A stretch of DNA of 59,585 nucleotides, counting the filler, from Diploschistes diacapsis (taxonomy: Eukaryota), in NCBI GenBank assembly GCA_023645945.1. It is 5 parts of 5 records of this genome, joined end to end, with 100 filler letters (N's around TTAATTAATTAA, not from the genome) between each part and the next. Parts side by side here need not be neighbours in the genome. Positions count along the whole stretch, not along the records: positions 22,188 to 29,459 come from JALAIB010001299.1; positions 29,560 to 59,585 come from JALAIB010000130.1; 3 more parts are not named here. One strand, written 5' to 3'. Below the pieces are notes generated by a model, which was not told where the DNA came from, did no database searches, and saw only the letters and a program-made list of their open reading frames with translations. Below, one piece after another: positions 24,790 to 37,518 of this stretch. Made by a program: the position numbers and the translations under genes. Each line of letters begins with the position of its first letter. The first letter of the stretch is position 1.

Positions 24790-25265
24790 GCATTGACATT
24801 CGGACCACAGTCACAGCAAGCACCAGTAGCATCGAGTGCACGACCACCATCCCCATCACAAGCAAGCGTCGGCAGCAGCAGCAAAAACCCTCCCATCTAA
24901 TCCATTCGTTCCCTCGCCGGGGTATCGGCTCTGCTCCGCTCTCGTGTGCAGGCCAAAGCGAATCAAAGCAAAAACGGTTCCGCCAAAAGTAAGCTTTTGT
25001 AATATGCCCCTTCGTTACTGTCGTCGTCGTCATTGCTGCCTGTTGTCGACCAAAAGACGTCAAGCTAAGCCAGGCTGCGCTACGCTATGCTGTGCTGTGC
25101 AATGCACGCTAATCGCGATCAAGAATTATGTCTTCATGGTAATCGTAAGTGGTGGCTGGTACTGCAAAAAGCGAGGGAGCTGGACAAGCCCCGAAGCTTG
25201 TGGATCACGGTGAGAGCAAAAGGGCTCGGGCTGATCCTGGTTTGTTTCGGGGCTCGTGCAAAGCA

Positions 25266-26603
25266 TCAGCGGCGCCGTGATCTCAGGAATGCTGCCATAT
25301 CGATCTGGAACCGGGCGTCGTCGTCGTCGTCGTCGTCGTCGTCAATTTCGATGCCGCCGCCGCCGCCGCCGCCGCCGCCGCTACCAAGTAGTCCCTTGGT
25401 CAGTGGGGTAGGAGCATCGTCTACCTCGATTACGCCGCTGCTTAATGCGGGGTTGCTCGATGTGCTGGGTGCAGTGTCTACCTCGATTCCGCCGTTGATG
25501 TGGCCGCCGTTGTTCGTCGGCCGAGGAGGGTTGTCGATCTCGATCGCGCCGTTGCCGACAGCTCCTCCGTTTGGCAGGCTTGGATGCGTATCACCATCGA
25601 TTTCGACGCCTGTGTCTACTTCGATGCCGTTGCCGTCGTCAATCTCTATGCCCATGCCGTTGCTGCCGTATTGGTGCAAACGGGAAGGAACAGTATCCAT
25701 ATGGACACCATCTGCTTCGGCTGGATTGTTCCCATCGACGTTGGACCCCTCCCCAGAGCCCTGGTGTGCGTGCAACAGTCTGTTTTCCTCCTCTTCGGCC
25801 CTCAGTAGATCCATCTGCTCGCGTGCCACTCCCAAGCTGTTTTCAAAATGCTCCCTCGTTGTGGCCAGCTCGTCGTCGCAATTGGCGTCCCGCAGGAATT
25901 GGTGAGCCCCGAGTTCGCACAGCGTCTGCGCCGCTTCGAGATCCTTGTCGATCGTGTCGAACTGTTCCAGTGCTTGCAAGAGAGCGGAACGGCGCGAAGA
26001 GCTTTGCTGAGAGAGAGGTACCGTTGGAGCCCGAACCGGGAAGTCTACCCTGTCTCCACTCGACGGGTCAACTTCCGTGCGGAGGGAGGCCATGCGAGCC
26101 TTGTAGCCTGTAGTCACCTTGCCCTTGTGAAGCTTGTTCCGTGCACTTGCAACTCCCCTCACCAGCCACTCAAATTCCTGCTGAATGTGCGAATCGTAGT
26201 AAACTATGAGCGACAGACGCGCGCGGTACTTTTGTGGACCCGAAGCGCCTGAGAGCAAAGACGCAGATTTCCTCTTCCGGCGCTTCTCATCCCGGTGATC
26301 TTGGAAAAGTCGTCTGCTCCTGGGGTCGATGCTGATCCGGGCAGGGGGAGTGCTCGGTGTCGGCGGCGGAGGCATGGCAACGTCGGGCTGGTAAGCAGAT
26401 ATCTCGACGACCCCGTCGCCATCCACTGGCCGCAGCGATTCGGTAGAGCCAGTCTTCTGCTTCCTCATGGGAGGGCCAGAAAAGGCAGAGGACTGCGAAA
26501 GACGGTTGAACTCTGTCTGGCGTTCGGAGACTCGGTGGGAGAGAAGCTCGAGTCTGTCGATCCATTGCGGAATGTTGTCGGCGAGATACTGAAAGCTTTC
26601 CAT
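25266..26603 (-). CDS. Hypothetical fungal protein with repeated G-I-E-[IV]-D C-terminal motifs
   Basis: 445-aa single-exon ORF with protein-like blocks (LADNIPQWIDRLE, LIVYYDSHIQQEFEWLVR, LCELGAHQFLRDANC) and an acidic Gly/Asn-rich tail. Confidence 0.8.
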   Translation of the reverse strand: MESFQYLADNIPQWIDRLELLSHRVSERQTEFNRLSQSSAFSGPPMRKQKTGSTESLRPVDGDGVVEISAYQPDVAMPPPPTPSTPPARISIDPRSRRLFQDHRDEKRRKRKSASLLSGASGPQKYRARLSLIVYYDSHIQQEFEWLVRGVASARNKLHKGKVTTGYKARMASLRTEVDPSSGDRVDFPVRAPTVPLSQQSSSRRSALLQALEQFDTIDKDLEAAQTLCELGAHQFLRDANCDDELATTREHFENSLGVAREQMDLLRAEEEENRLLHAHQGSGEGSNVDGNNPAEADGVHMDTVPSRLHQYGSNGMGIEIDDGNGIEVDTGVEIDGDTHPSLPNGGAVGNGAIEIDNPPRPTNNGGHINGGIEVDTAPSTSSNPALSSGVIEVDDAPTPLTKGLLGSGGGGGGGGGIEIDDDDDDDDDARFQIDMAAFLRSRRR

Positions 26604-28583
26604 GGTGGATGATATGGAGCCAGATGCTCGTTAGTTTGCAAAGCGCAGTGCCTCGATTGGGACTGTCGTCAAAGCGGTGGATGCATCTCGAAGAGCTTTT
26701 CGTGCAGACTGGTCGGAGACTTGGAATGCAAGCGTAGATGCCGAAGAGCTTCTATATCCGGAACCCCAGGTGACACATGAGTTGGACACACGAGCTGAGT
26801 GGCACGCCAGGGGGTTGCTCGCACTGTCAGGTCGAGCCCGAGTGAATAAAGAGTCGAGTCAGGGGTCTGGCACTCGAAGTTGGATAACAGCTGAGTATTG
26901 CCACGGTGTCTGTGCGATGATACGTCGACCGACCGGAAGGAATAACTAAAGGTTGAATGGACCAGTGCAGCTCCAGCACGATCCCGTAGAGATTTGTTTT
27001 GCCAACAGGTTGGAGATAGGAGAGTAGAGAAAGTTGGTGGGGGAAGAAATACGAATGCGGAGCGGGTCTGGACTGCAGGGGGGGAGAAGGAGAGAGCTAT
27101 GGCGTTTCGCTTCGGAGCTTCAACTGCGACTGCTGCGACCCTTTGATTGCCGATAATGATTCTTATTGCCGATTAACAAAGGGGATGAGTTGGTAACTGT
27201 ATCTAGATAGTAAGGATTCCGAGTCCAGGTGTTGTTGTGTGGATGGACTCCCGTTGGACATACAATTAATAATCAACGTGCTCAGTGGTTGTTGTGGTCT
27301 ATTATCGCATCTTTAACTCGAGAGAAGTACAGGGACATAGCCCTGTTACCCAATAGACACACTGCTCGCTCTGCTTTCACCGCCTTGGCCGCGGCTTGGC
27401 TTTATGTGCTGCTGGGTCTTGGCTATCTATGCATGCAGTTGCTGCGGTAAAGTTGTACTGCAGCAAGATTACTCGCGATACCCTCAACAATTCATAAATT
27501 ATGACCACAGCGCCTGGCTGACCAACGGCTGACTGAACGCAACTCGACGGGACGGGAGGGAGCGGAACGGAGCGAGAGCGTGGAATCTATCTGTACGGTT
27601 TTATTGAATCTAATTATTATTACCAAGTGAAGTTCTGCATTGATCCGATCGATGCGATATGACGCGGATAAGCTTTATCCCGGCAGCGGGTATGAAGTAT
27701 AATTTTATAATTGTATCTTTCTTCGTTTCTCCCCACAGTAGACTAATAATGGTTAGTTAGGTATAGCGCCCCACTGATGGCCTTGCCCTGCACGCTCTGT
27801 ATTTCTGCCCCAATTCTAACTAATAAATTTCCACAAGCAAAGCTAGCTAGCTCTCTGTACGGTATGGTATGTGTCCTGAAAGAGAACAGGGCTATTGCCC
27901 CCGAATCCTGATCCCTGCCCCATTGGGTCCTCGACTCCCTGCATTCCCCGCTCGTTCTGCCAGGGATCGCCTTCTTTGGCGAAATGCACAATAATATGGG
28001 TATCCCGTGTATGCAAAGACACCTGCCTCATCTACCCCCTCAGTATCCTGCTAGGTGCGCGCAAAGGCTTCCCCACCCCTGCTCCCTGAGCTGCCAGTGC
28101 TTCGTTCAGCGGGCTTTTTCAGCGCTTGCAGCTTCTAAAGCAGATGTAGGGAAGAACTGGTTCTTGTATTAGAACATGCAAGCCGCCTTTTTATTGTGGA
28201 GGGATGGGATCCCCACGGGGATAAAAAAGCAGGGGTGTGGGGGTGCCCATTTCTCTCGGTCAGGTAAGTAATTAATTGAAGCGCTCCGGTTGTACGGGAG
28301 AAACCATTTTTCCTGATTTCATGCATGAGCGACGTCATCTATCCTACAATAGCGAACAATGTCAACATCATCAATATCCGTTGATCCCTACCATGCTCTC
28401 TCGCGCGCGGTAATACCTCAATTGACCTCGTCCTCTCTACATCCCGAGGATCTAAGCGTTCGGGCCATCTACCACCACCCTCCCACTTGGCCAAACCTCT
28501 CGAATTGCCCCCTTCCAACAGCCGCCACCATAGCGCCCCTCACCCGCCTCGCCTCCCTGCTCCGCCAAACCCAAACCGGCGCA

Positions 28584-29459
28584 ATGTCCGCAACAACCAC
28601 CCGCCACCTCGCCACGCCCGCCGCCCCCTGGCGCAGCTCCTTCCTCGCGCACATCTCGAAGATGGACTCCCCCGAATTCGTGCTCTGCACGCTGCACCCG
28701 ACCCCGCCCGGCTCCCACGGCGCCGCGACCCCGCACGCGCCAACCCCCTACCTGCCGCGGGCCCGCTTCTGCATCTGCCGCGGCCTGTGGGCCAGCCTGC
28801 CGGAGAACAAGCACAACGCGGCGCGGCGGAACGAGCGCGCGTTCGAGAGCGACCTGCCCACCTTCACCACGGACGCGCGCATGGAGAAGGTGCCCGAGCT
28901 GTTCGCCACGGGGCCCGGCAGGGGCGACGCGAGCCAGGCGCAGGGCTCCGGCGGCGGCGGGCCGGTCGAGGCCGTGTTCTGGGCCAAGGAGGTCGGCGTG
29001 CAGTGGCGCGTGCGCGGATCCGCGTGGGTCGTCGCGCCGGACATTGAGTCCCGCTCGCAACAACACGGAGAGGTCGGAGAGAGGGCAGGAGACGAGAGCA
29101 GCGGGGTGCGCAGCGCCAAGGCCGCGATCGGGTCCCGCATGCGCGTCGTGCACGGCGCCGCGCCGGAGCAGCAGAAGGCCTGGTCCTGGGCCACGGAGCT
29201 GACGGCGCATTTCGGCAACTGCTCGCCGGGCATGAGGGGCACATGGCGCAATCCGCCGCCCGGCACGAAGGTGGAGGCCGAGCCGGACGAGGAGCATCGG
29301 CTGGGGCAGAAGGTCGAGGACTTGGAGGACCGGGTGGCGAGGGCGAATTTCAGGGTGGTGGTTATCGTGCCGGATGTGGTGGAGAGCGTGGACCTGAGTG
29401 ATCCCGCCAAGGCGAGGAGGCATCTTTATACGTTTGTGGAGAAGGAGGGGGAGGGGAGG
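28584..29459 (+). CDS. Pyridoxamine 5'-phosphate oxidase-like FMN-binding protein (3' end at gap)
   Basis: APWRSSFLAHI, PRARFCICRG, FTTDARMEKV, GGGPVEAVFW...QWRVRG, ARANFRVVVIVP. Confidence 0.85.
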
Positions 29460-29559
29460 NNNNNNNNNNNNNNNNNNNNNNNNNNNNNNNNNNNNNNNNN
29501 NNNTTAATTAATTAANNNNNNNNNNNNNNNNNNNNNNNNNNNNNNNNNNNNNNNNNNNN
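29460..29559. other. Assembly gap spacer
   Basis: N runs with TTAATTAATTAA. Confidence 0.98.
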
Positions 29560-30121
29560 GGAAGAGGGAAGTGTTTGGGGGGTATGGAGGGGATGGAGCT
29601 GTGGATGGGTGGAGGCGGAAGGTGAAGGTGGAGGATGCGGCGTTGGATGGCGACGAGTTGGTGGGGAAGGAGAGGTAGCGAGGGATGTTGGATGCCGACC
29701 AGGCGGAGGAAAGGAAAAATAGCGGAAGATGCTTCATGGGGTGAAAGATCTCGGTAATATAGAGCTGGACTACTTTGAATGTGGAAAGCTGTTCGACTAT
29801 GTTCCGACTTTTGCGACTGGAGATTCCAAGACATATTCAGTGCTCGAATCTGATTGCATTACCCCCCACGGTCGTAGCTCAATGAATATTCAAAGTACAG
29901 CGTAGTCATCTAGCCAAAAATCCCATATGGGCAATGCACGTCCTCGACAACTTAAGCAAGAGTTTAGACTTTGCAGACAAACACACTTTTCTTCTCCTTC
30001 CATGATCGATCATGTACTCACTCCATGCAACGAGATTGGTAAAGATTCGTTGACATGGCAAAGAGCACCAAGCTTTTCCTCATTAAAGCATACTTACCTC
30101 ATAACGACGGTTGTATACGGT

Positions 30122-31716
30122 CTAGAAGGTCAGCTTCTTACCTTTGAACTCACCGAATCCGCCACGGTTGGTAGACGAGCCTCCGCGACCTCCACGACCA
30201 CCACCGCGTCCACCGCGGTCACCAAAACCACCACGACCACGACCACCACGGTCACCAAAGCCGCCACGTCCGCGGCCACCACGGTCACCAAAGCCGCCAC
30301 GTCCACGACCACCACCACCACCACCAGCACGCGGTTGGCTGTAGTCCAAACGAATTGAGCGACCCTCGATGGATTGGCCTTTCATCGCCTCAAAAGCAGT
30401 AGTCGCATCCTCGACTGAAGCAAATTCAACATAGCCAAAACCTTTGGGTTCTCCATTTTCAGGTTTTGTAGGTAAACGGACGCTGATCACTGATCCATGA
30501 TCGCCAAATATTTGGCCGACCATGTCTTCAGTCGCTTGAAAGGGAATGTTGCCAACAAAGAGGGTAGCGCTTGGTGGGGATGTCTCGTCCCCAAAGTTCT
30601 TAGCACGTTGTTCACGCTGGGGTCCGTCGTTCTGCTTGCGGGGAAGACTGTAGTCAACATTGGGGCGTCGACCGTCGATTTCGACGTCCTTCATGCTATC
30701 ATGAGCCTCTTGCGCTGATGCAATGTCAGCAAACTCAACGAAGCCAAAACTACTGGGTGTTAGCAATTTAGATCGGAGAAGGACCATGCAAAATACCCTT
30801 TGGGCTTGCTAGTATCGCGGTCTATCATAAGACGAACGCTCTCAATATCTCCAAAGCCTTCAAACTCACGGCGCAGCCACTCCTCATCAACGTTCCAGGA
30901 AAGATTTCCAACGAAGAGAATCTTAGACGTGGCAGTGGTGGCTGCCGCATCGGACTTCGGCTTCTTAGCCACAGGCGCTACGTCTGCCTCAGCCTTGCGC
31001 TTCTTCTGTGGGACTTCCTTCTTTGCCTCTTCTTCCTCAGATGACTCGTCCGAGCCAGAATCGGATTCGTCCGAGCCAGAATCGTCGTCTGATCCAGACG
31101 CTTCGGATTGCTAGGGCCATCTTAGTACTAATTGAGAATTGCTTGAATGCTCACACACCTCCTTGCTGGAGATCTTGGTCAAAGCGCCATGCAGAGCCTG
31201 AGCGTCAACAGGACCCTGTGGTATTGACTTCTCTTCATCAACTTCATCGTCTTTCTCGCTATCATCATCTTCTTCACTGTCATCTTCGCTATCGTCACTC
31301 TCGGCCTTCTTAGGGTTAGCACCTGTTACGGCGGGTGCTATCTCCTCGTCGGACTCATCAGAGTCGCCCTCGGGCTCATCATCAGACTCGTCTCCCGAGT
31401 CATCCATCGCGATAGCTTTTGCGCTACCATGAGCAGCTCCATTGACCTTGCCATTGGCCTTGGCAGATCCGTTCGCCTTTGTGCTAGGCTTTGCCACAGT
31501 TTCGGATTCGGAGCTATCCGAGCTATCAGAAGTCTCGGCACCATCTGCTGCTTCGCTATCATCACTGGAGTCTGGCGTGGGCTCCTTGACGATCTTCTTG
31601 GCTTTGCCACCAGCTCTGTTTGCCCCTTTCGCAACCGTCTTTGCAACATCCCGACCTTTGGCCTTTATGGCTTGGGTAGTAGGCTGACCCTTTTTTGATT
31701 CCTTGGCCTTGGCCAT
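30122..31716 (-). CDS. NSR1: Nucleolin-like protein (Nsr1/Gar2)
   Basis: Acidic/Ser-rich N-terminus, two RRMs (LFVGNLSWNVDEEWL..KPKGFGFVEF; LFVGNIPF..KGFGYVEF), RGG tail, ending FKGKKLTF. Introns 31158-31111 and 30796-30750. Confidence 0.93.
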
Positions 31717-32374
31717 GGTAACTTAAGCGATCTAGCATACGCCAATCAGTAAGTTCTTTCGATGAAGGAGATGCGCAAGAGCCTCCGACAATAAACCTGA
31801 TACCAGCCAGTATACAGAAGCCCACAAGATGAAAAATGGGTAATAACCATGATGGGGCGATGTACAATAAATAAGGCTAGCTTTACCTGAGAGCTCCTGT
31901 GAAGCTGCAGGTCAGGATCAAAGTCCCGGACCCTTAGAAAAGGCTCTTTCGAGTCTTTCGTGCGGCAATCCCTCGGTTGTGATGACAACTCTGAAACAGA
32001 GTATCCTAGCCCACAAGCCCACAAGCCACTGATTCAACCCACTAGGTAAGACTGCTGTTACACAGCCTGCCAACAAGTGTCCCTCAGATGTATTTGCTTT
32101 GCGTATGCTTTGAACCCACTTAAGCCAAGTGCATAAGCCCACAGGATCTAACAGTCTTGGGAATGAAGATCGCAACCCACAGTATCGCGCTGAGCGAATA
32201 GCCCTCGGACAGAACAAGTTCCCACTGATAAACCCGCAGAAAAGTCTTTTACTCACACGTATCACAGCGCTGGAAAGCGCAAGGGACGGAGACTATTATG
32301 GGACCCGAAATGCTTGCCAGAGTAAGTGTTATTTGAGAAGATGTGTATGTGTATATGGAAGAGAAGAGTTGAAG

Positions 32375-32402
32375 AGTAGTAGTAGTAGTAGTAGTAGTAG
32401 TA
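32375..32402. repeat. (AGT)n microsatellite in NSR1/ALG6 divergent intergenic region
   Basis: Direct reading. Confidence 0.9.
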
Positions 32403-32652
32403 ATGGGAAGCAAGCTAGGAATGGATGTGGGGGGAGCTTGGGAGCTTTTTATTTTTTCACACCGCCTGGGAGTTTTTCAACGCTAGTGGCTAGGTGAGTG
32501 TACGCCAAGACTTGCCAAGTACGCCAAGAAAATTCATTACTTAAAGCATTCTGCTCGCTTGTGATTGGTCAATCTTCACCCAGCTCTTTAAACAGCTGCT
32601 TCACGACAACGTGCTCTCTTACTCTTCCTGTCTTTGGCAACATAATGTAGCT

Positions 32653-34576
32653 ATGTCTGCCATTCACAAGCCAAGGAAGAAGGCCAGGAAAGCAAACGGT
32701 ACTGACGGCTCTGTATTGAGCTCAGCCACGGCTGTTGTCTCTGATGGTAGCCTGCAGAAGCCCGCCTTTCCTCTGGCTTCTTTCTTCTGGCCGGCACGTC
32801 AGGGAACCTCACAATGGGTCCTTATCCCGTTGATATTGATGGTCGCTGGCCTCTTCAGGTGGGCTACCGGGCTATGGAGCTATTCTGGTGAGTTACGGAT
32901 GTGACAAGGTGTACTATTACTAAACCTCCTCTCGGCTTCCAGGCACCACCCATGTACGGCGACTTCGAAGCTCAGAGACACTGGATGGAGGTCACGCTAC
33001 ACCTGCCCATGGCCAAATGGTACTTTTACGATCTAGAATATTGGGGACTTGACTACCCTCCCTTGACTGCGTACCACAGCTGGCTGCTGGGAAAGATGTG
33101 AGCTATTGATGTCGTATTGGGACGGGCCAAAAGCTTACAGTACGCAGAGGCTCACTGTTCAACCCCTCCTGGTTTGCCCAGGATTCATCCCGCGGACACG
33201 AGTCCCCTGATCTTAAGGTGTATATGCGGGCCACTGCCCTTGTTTCCGAGTACCTGATCTATGTTCCAGCCTTGATCATCCTTAACAGAAAACTCGCCCG
33301 CAACGGTGGCCTTAGCGTATGGGAGTCTTCGATAGCTCTGACGGCCATCCTCATGCAGCCAGCGACCATGCTTGTGGACCATGCACATTTCCAGTACAAC
33401 ACTGTGATGCTAGGCTTCACATTGGCTACTATGTCCAGCTTGTTGGCCGGCCGGTACTTCTGGAGCTGCGTCTTTTTCGTCGCCGCCTTAGGGTTCAAGC
33501 AAATGGCCTTGTATTACGCTCCAGTCGTTTTCGCATACCTTGTTGGCGTTTCTATTCAGCCCCGGATAGATGTGGCCCGTTTTGCCGGTATTGCCCTTAC
33601 AACGCTACTGTCATTCGCCGTCCTGTTTGCGCCATTGCTTCTTGGTGCCTACTACAACCACTACCGCGATCCTCAGATAGGCTTGGTCCTAGAGCCACCC
33701 GAATTGTTTTCTCTCATTGAAAGAATGCTTCCCCTCAAAATCGATTCACGCTCACTCTTCTACCCAGCACTCTTGCATCTTACCCAAGCCGTGCACCGCA
33801 TCTTTCCGCTAGCCAGAGGTCTTTTTGAGGACAAAGTCGCAAACCTGTGGTGCTCACTTCATACCGTCTACAAGCTGAATCGATTTTCAGTTTCTAGACT
33901 GTCACGGGTGTCTTTGTTCGCAACCCTTGCGGCCGTCACTCCGAGCTGCTTGGTCATCGCTGTTGCTCCGAGGAAATCTCTGATCCCGTACGCCTTTGCG
34001 TCCTGCGCCTGGGGCTTCTTTCTCTGCTCGTTTCAGGTCCACGAGAAGAGCGTTCTGCTTCCCTTGCTACCCATGACCATTCTACTTGGTGGTGAAGGCG
34101 GTCTCGGCCCCGAGATCCGCGCTTGGGTTGGATGGGCAAACTACCTGGGTGTATGGACTATGTTCCCCTTGCTCAAACGAGATCAGCTGCGTACACCGTA
34201 CACAGCTCTGTCACTACTCTGGGCATACCTGCTAAACCTGCCACCTGGTTGGACTTCGTTCTATTCCGTAAACAACAACGGTCTCTCGCCCTATACTAAT
34301 GCCTTACATATGACGTTCTATGCGATTACCTTTGCCTGGAACATAGTCGAAGCAACCGTCACGCCCCCCAATGGTAAGCCAGACTTGTGGGTCGTTATCA
34401 ACTGCATCATAGGAGCTGCAGGTTTCGGCGTCTGCTACTTGTGGTGCACTTGGCAACTGTTGTCGAAGAGTGGAGTGTTGGACTATCTGCAAGCGTCGCG
34501 AGTCCAAGCGACGGACAAGCTTACAGCGGCAAAGCCTGAACAGGGCAAATTCAACAGTAAGACTAAGAAGGCCTGA
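32653..34576 (+). CDS. ALG6: Dolichyl-P-Glc:Man9GlcNAc2-PP-Dol alpha-1,3-glucosyltransferase
   Basis: [65 protein letters not shown]-terminal KTKKA. Introns at ~32888-32934 and 33099-33147. Confidence 0.95.
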
Positions 34577-35215
34577 TGGCCGAGAACTTTATTGGAGGAA
34601 CCATGCTTTTGTGTTATTTTAAGATACCCGTTATTGTGCTGTATTCAATTCCAGAACTATGCATCTAGCACGATCCTAGCGATCGACAGCAAGACGTTGC
34701 AGTGTATGACAAATCGCTCCTTGTATTTCTCCTATAATAGCTAGTGAAACATCTTCAGGACAGGAGACCACTTGAATATCATATTAAATACATACCTACA
34801 TTTGTCCCTTTCGCTCAATGCACTCGTCCCTTTTCTTCCCTACCTTCTCCCAGCACCCTGGTGCTTTAAAGACGCTCCAGCCTCTCTGTCCATAATAGCT
34901 AAACAGAGCTGCATAAAGCTTTTCATTCCCAACCAAAGATATGACCATGATAGTTGTATGAATTATGATCAAAGTGCATTTCGTAAAGTCGCTATTGGAG
35001 TCGACCTTGCAGTAGGGGTAAATGATCACGCTTAGGGCGGCGAGTTGTACTTGGTAAGACTTCGGGTATCTCTTTCTTGGCGCCATTGACTTCTACTTAA
35101 GCATTCCATTTTTGCAGACTGGACTTTGGAATACCAGGCACTGTCACGATTTTTGTATCGTGTGATTGTGTGGGTATAATTGAAGATGCATGAGACCCGA
35201 TATTCAAACTTGACG

Positions 35216-37518
35216 ATGTCGGAAGCCAGAAAGCGCTCGTTTGCAGAATTTTCAGAAGAGGAACCTCCTCATACTAGTGGTGTAGCTGATACTTTGCATC
35301 GCATAAGGAATGGTGAAGATTCAATCAAGCTTGACGAAGCGAGCGAGGGTTGGACTCCAGTTATAAGCAAATCCAAGAAACGAAAGTCCAGAGGAGCCAA
35401 ACAGAAACGCCGACCGGACGGTCATGATGCGCAATCGCCTCTGCAGGACTTGGAAAGTAGGGATCTAGCCACGCAAGACAAGGATAGCCAAACTCAGCAA
35501 GATGGAACGAGCAACACGTTTCCCATTAAAGCAGAGAAGCAATCAGTCATCTCCACGCCAAAGGACAACCGCCCTGGTCTTAATTTCGTGCCACATAGGC
35601 TCAACTCTATTCTCAAACTTGCTAATCTACAAGAATTGATTCTCTACTGTATTGCAGACGCCATTGCCCCTTCATGGATATCAGTAAAGCACCACAATCA
35701 GGTACGAAGAGCTGTTGCTCTGTTCGTACCTGGTCTAGAACAAGCAATGTTCACAGGTAAGTTGAAGCTCGAACCAAGCACCATCCTTGATGACGGTGAT
35801 GGCCATGCTAGGGTCGAGAGTAAGGCAAATGGAACGGACGCCTCAAAGCAGGGTGTGGTATCAACAAGAGGTACACGAAATCCTGATGATTTCCTTCCCA
35901 TGCCTCTGGTTTCTGATCAGCTTCCTGCTGCACTGAAGCCTTTAGCCGAGATTTTCCCTCATATATGGCCTGTGAAAGCGCCTGGAGACGACAAGTACTC
36001 CAAAGTTCATTCTCCGCTGCATGCAATGCTGACTACCCACATTCCACGGCGCACGGAAGAGAAGAAGGAGAAAGGTCCCAAGGCGCCGCGTACAGACAAA
36101 GATTGGATAGATGAGCCTACTCCGGTGACCTCGTATCTTCTGCCTTTAGAGGACATGCGGGAGAATGAATACGTTCTGCACCCAGCTCACTTCTCAGGAC
36201 TGGATGAACTGCAAAGCCATCTTCAGAATCGTAAAGCGACAGGAACCTCTCTTGAAGATGGGTGGCAGAATACGATTGCGAAGCAGCTGGAGCATGGCGA
36301 AACCACATATGAGCAGGTTATCGTTAATGCAGAGAATCTATCAGTCGGCCGGAATGTCTTTGCCATGGACTGTGAAATGTGCGTGGTGGAAGGGGGCGAA
36401 TACGCGTTAACAAGGCTAAGCATCGTTGGATGGGACGGCGAGGTTGTGATAGACAAGCTTGTCAAGCCCGAGAAGCCAATCACTGACTACGTGACACGGT
36501 GCGCAGTCCCCTATAAATCCAGGAAGCAGCGCTGACACGTTCTAGTTTTTCGGGTATGACGAAGGAGATGCTTGACCCCGTAACCACGACCCTGCAGGAC
36601 ATACAACGCGAGCTCATCGAGCTATTCAGCCCTCAAACTATATTGATCGGCCATTCCCTGGACTCCGACCTCCGCGCCCTCAAGCTCACGCACCCTTTCC
36701 TTATCGACACCGCAATTCTATACCCCCATCCTCGCGGTGCCCCCTTGAAGAGTTCCCTGAAATGGCTCGCACAGAAGTACCTTGGCCGTAACATACAGAA
36801 AGGCGACGGCTCAGTCGGCCACGACAGCATCGAAGACGCCAAAGCCTGCCTCGACCTCGTGCGCCAAAAATGCCAAAAGGGTCCCTTGTGGGGCACCAGC
36901 GAAGCCTCCAGCGAGCCCATATTCAAGCGCCTCTCGCGTACCCCCGTATCACGCACCACAGGCGGGAACAGCAGCGCCAAAACCGGCGCCATCGTAGACG
37001 TCGGCGAGGCTAAGCGGGGCTTTAGAACCATGGCCCAGTACTCAATCGGCTGCCAAGCCGACGCGGACGTCGTCACCGGCGTGCGAAGATGCGTGCTAGG
37101 CGACAAGGACGGAATGTACATCCCAGGTGGCGGCGTCGACTTCACCTGGGCCCGCTTCCGTGCCCTCGAGAAGCTGCGCGGCTGGGCGAACGACAACCGC
37201 AGTGCTGAGCCGAGCGACGGCGCAATATGGTCCGAGCCATCGCCTGCAGAGCTTAATGCGGCGGTCGCGGAACTCGTTGCCCATATCAAGGCTATCAGGG
37301 ACTTCCTCCCGCCTTGCACGCTGTTCGTAGTGTACAGCGGCACGGGCGATCCGAGGGAGCTGGCGCGCTTGCAGGAGATGCAGAGGACGTACAAGAGGGA
37401 GTATCAGGTGAAGAAGTGGGACGAGCTGAGCGTCAAGTGGACGGATACGGAGGAGCAGGCGCTGAAGGAGGCGTGTACGACGGCGAGGGCGGGGATTGGG
37501 TTTATGTGTGTTACTTGA
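35216..37518 (+). CDS. REX1: DEDDh 3'-5' RNA exonuclease (Rex1/Rnh70 family)
   Basis: AMDCEMC, PITDYVTR|FSGMT (intron 36499-36545), ILIGHSLDSDL, SLKWLAQKYL, GHDSIEDA. Confidence 0.9.

Noticed and set aside
28452..29423. 323-aa and 220-aa minus-strand ORFs
   Set aside because: Antisense shadows of the GC-rich PNPOx-like gene.
7310..29559. Four identical TTAATTAATTAA palindromes flanked by Ns
   Set aside because: Artificial six-frame-stop contig linkers, not biological repeats.
29560..29678. Short open frame ending ...ELVGKER* just after the gap
   Set aside because: Could be a gene 3' end but cannot be assigned across the gap.
30160..30330. Tandem DNA repeats resembling an array
   Set aside because: They encode the nucleolin RGG box; not CRISPR or satellite.
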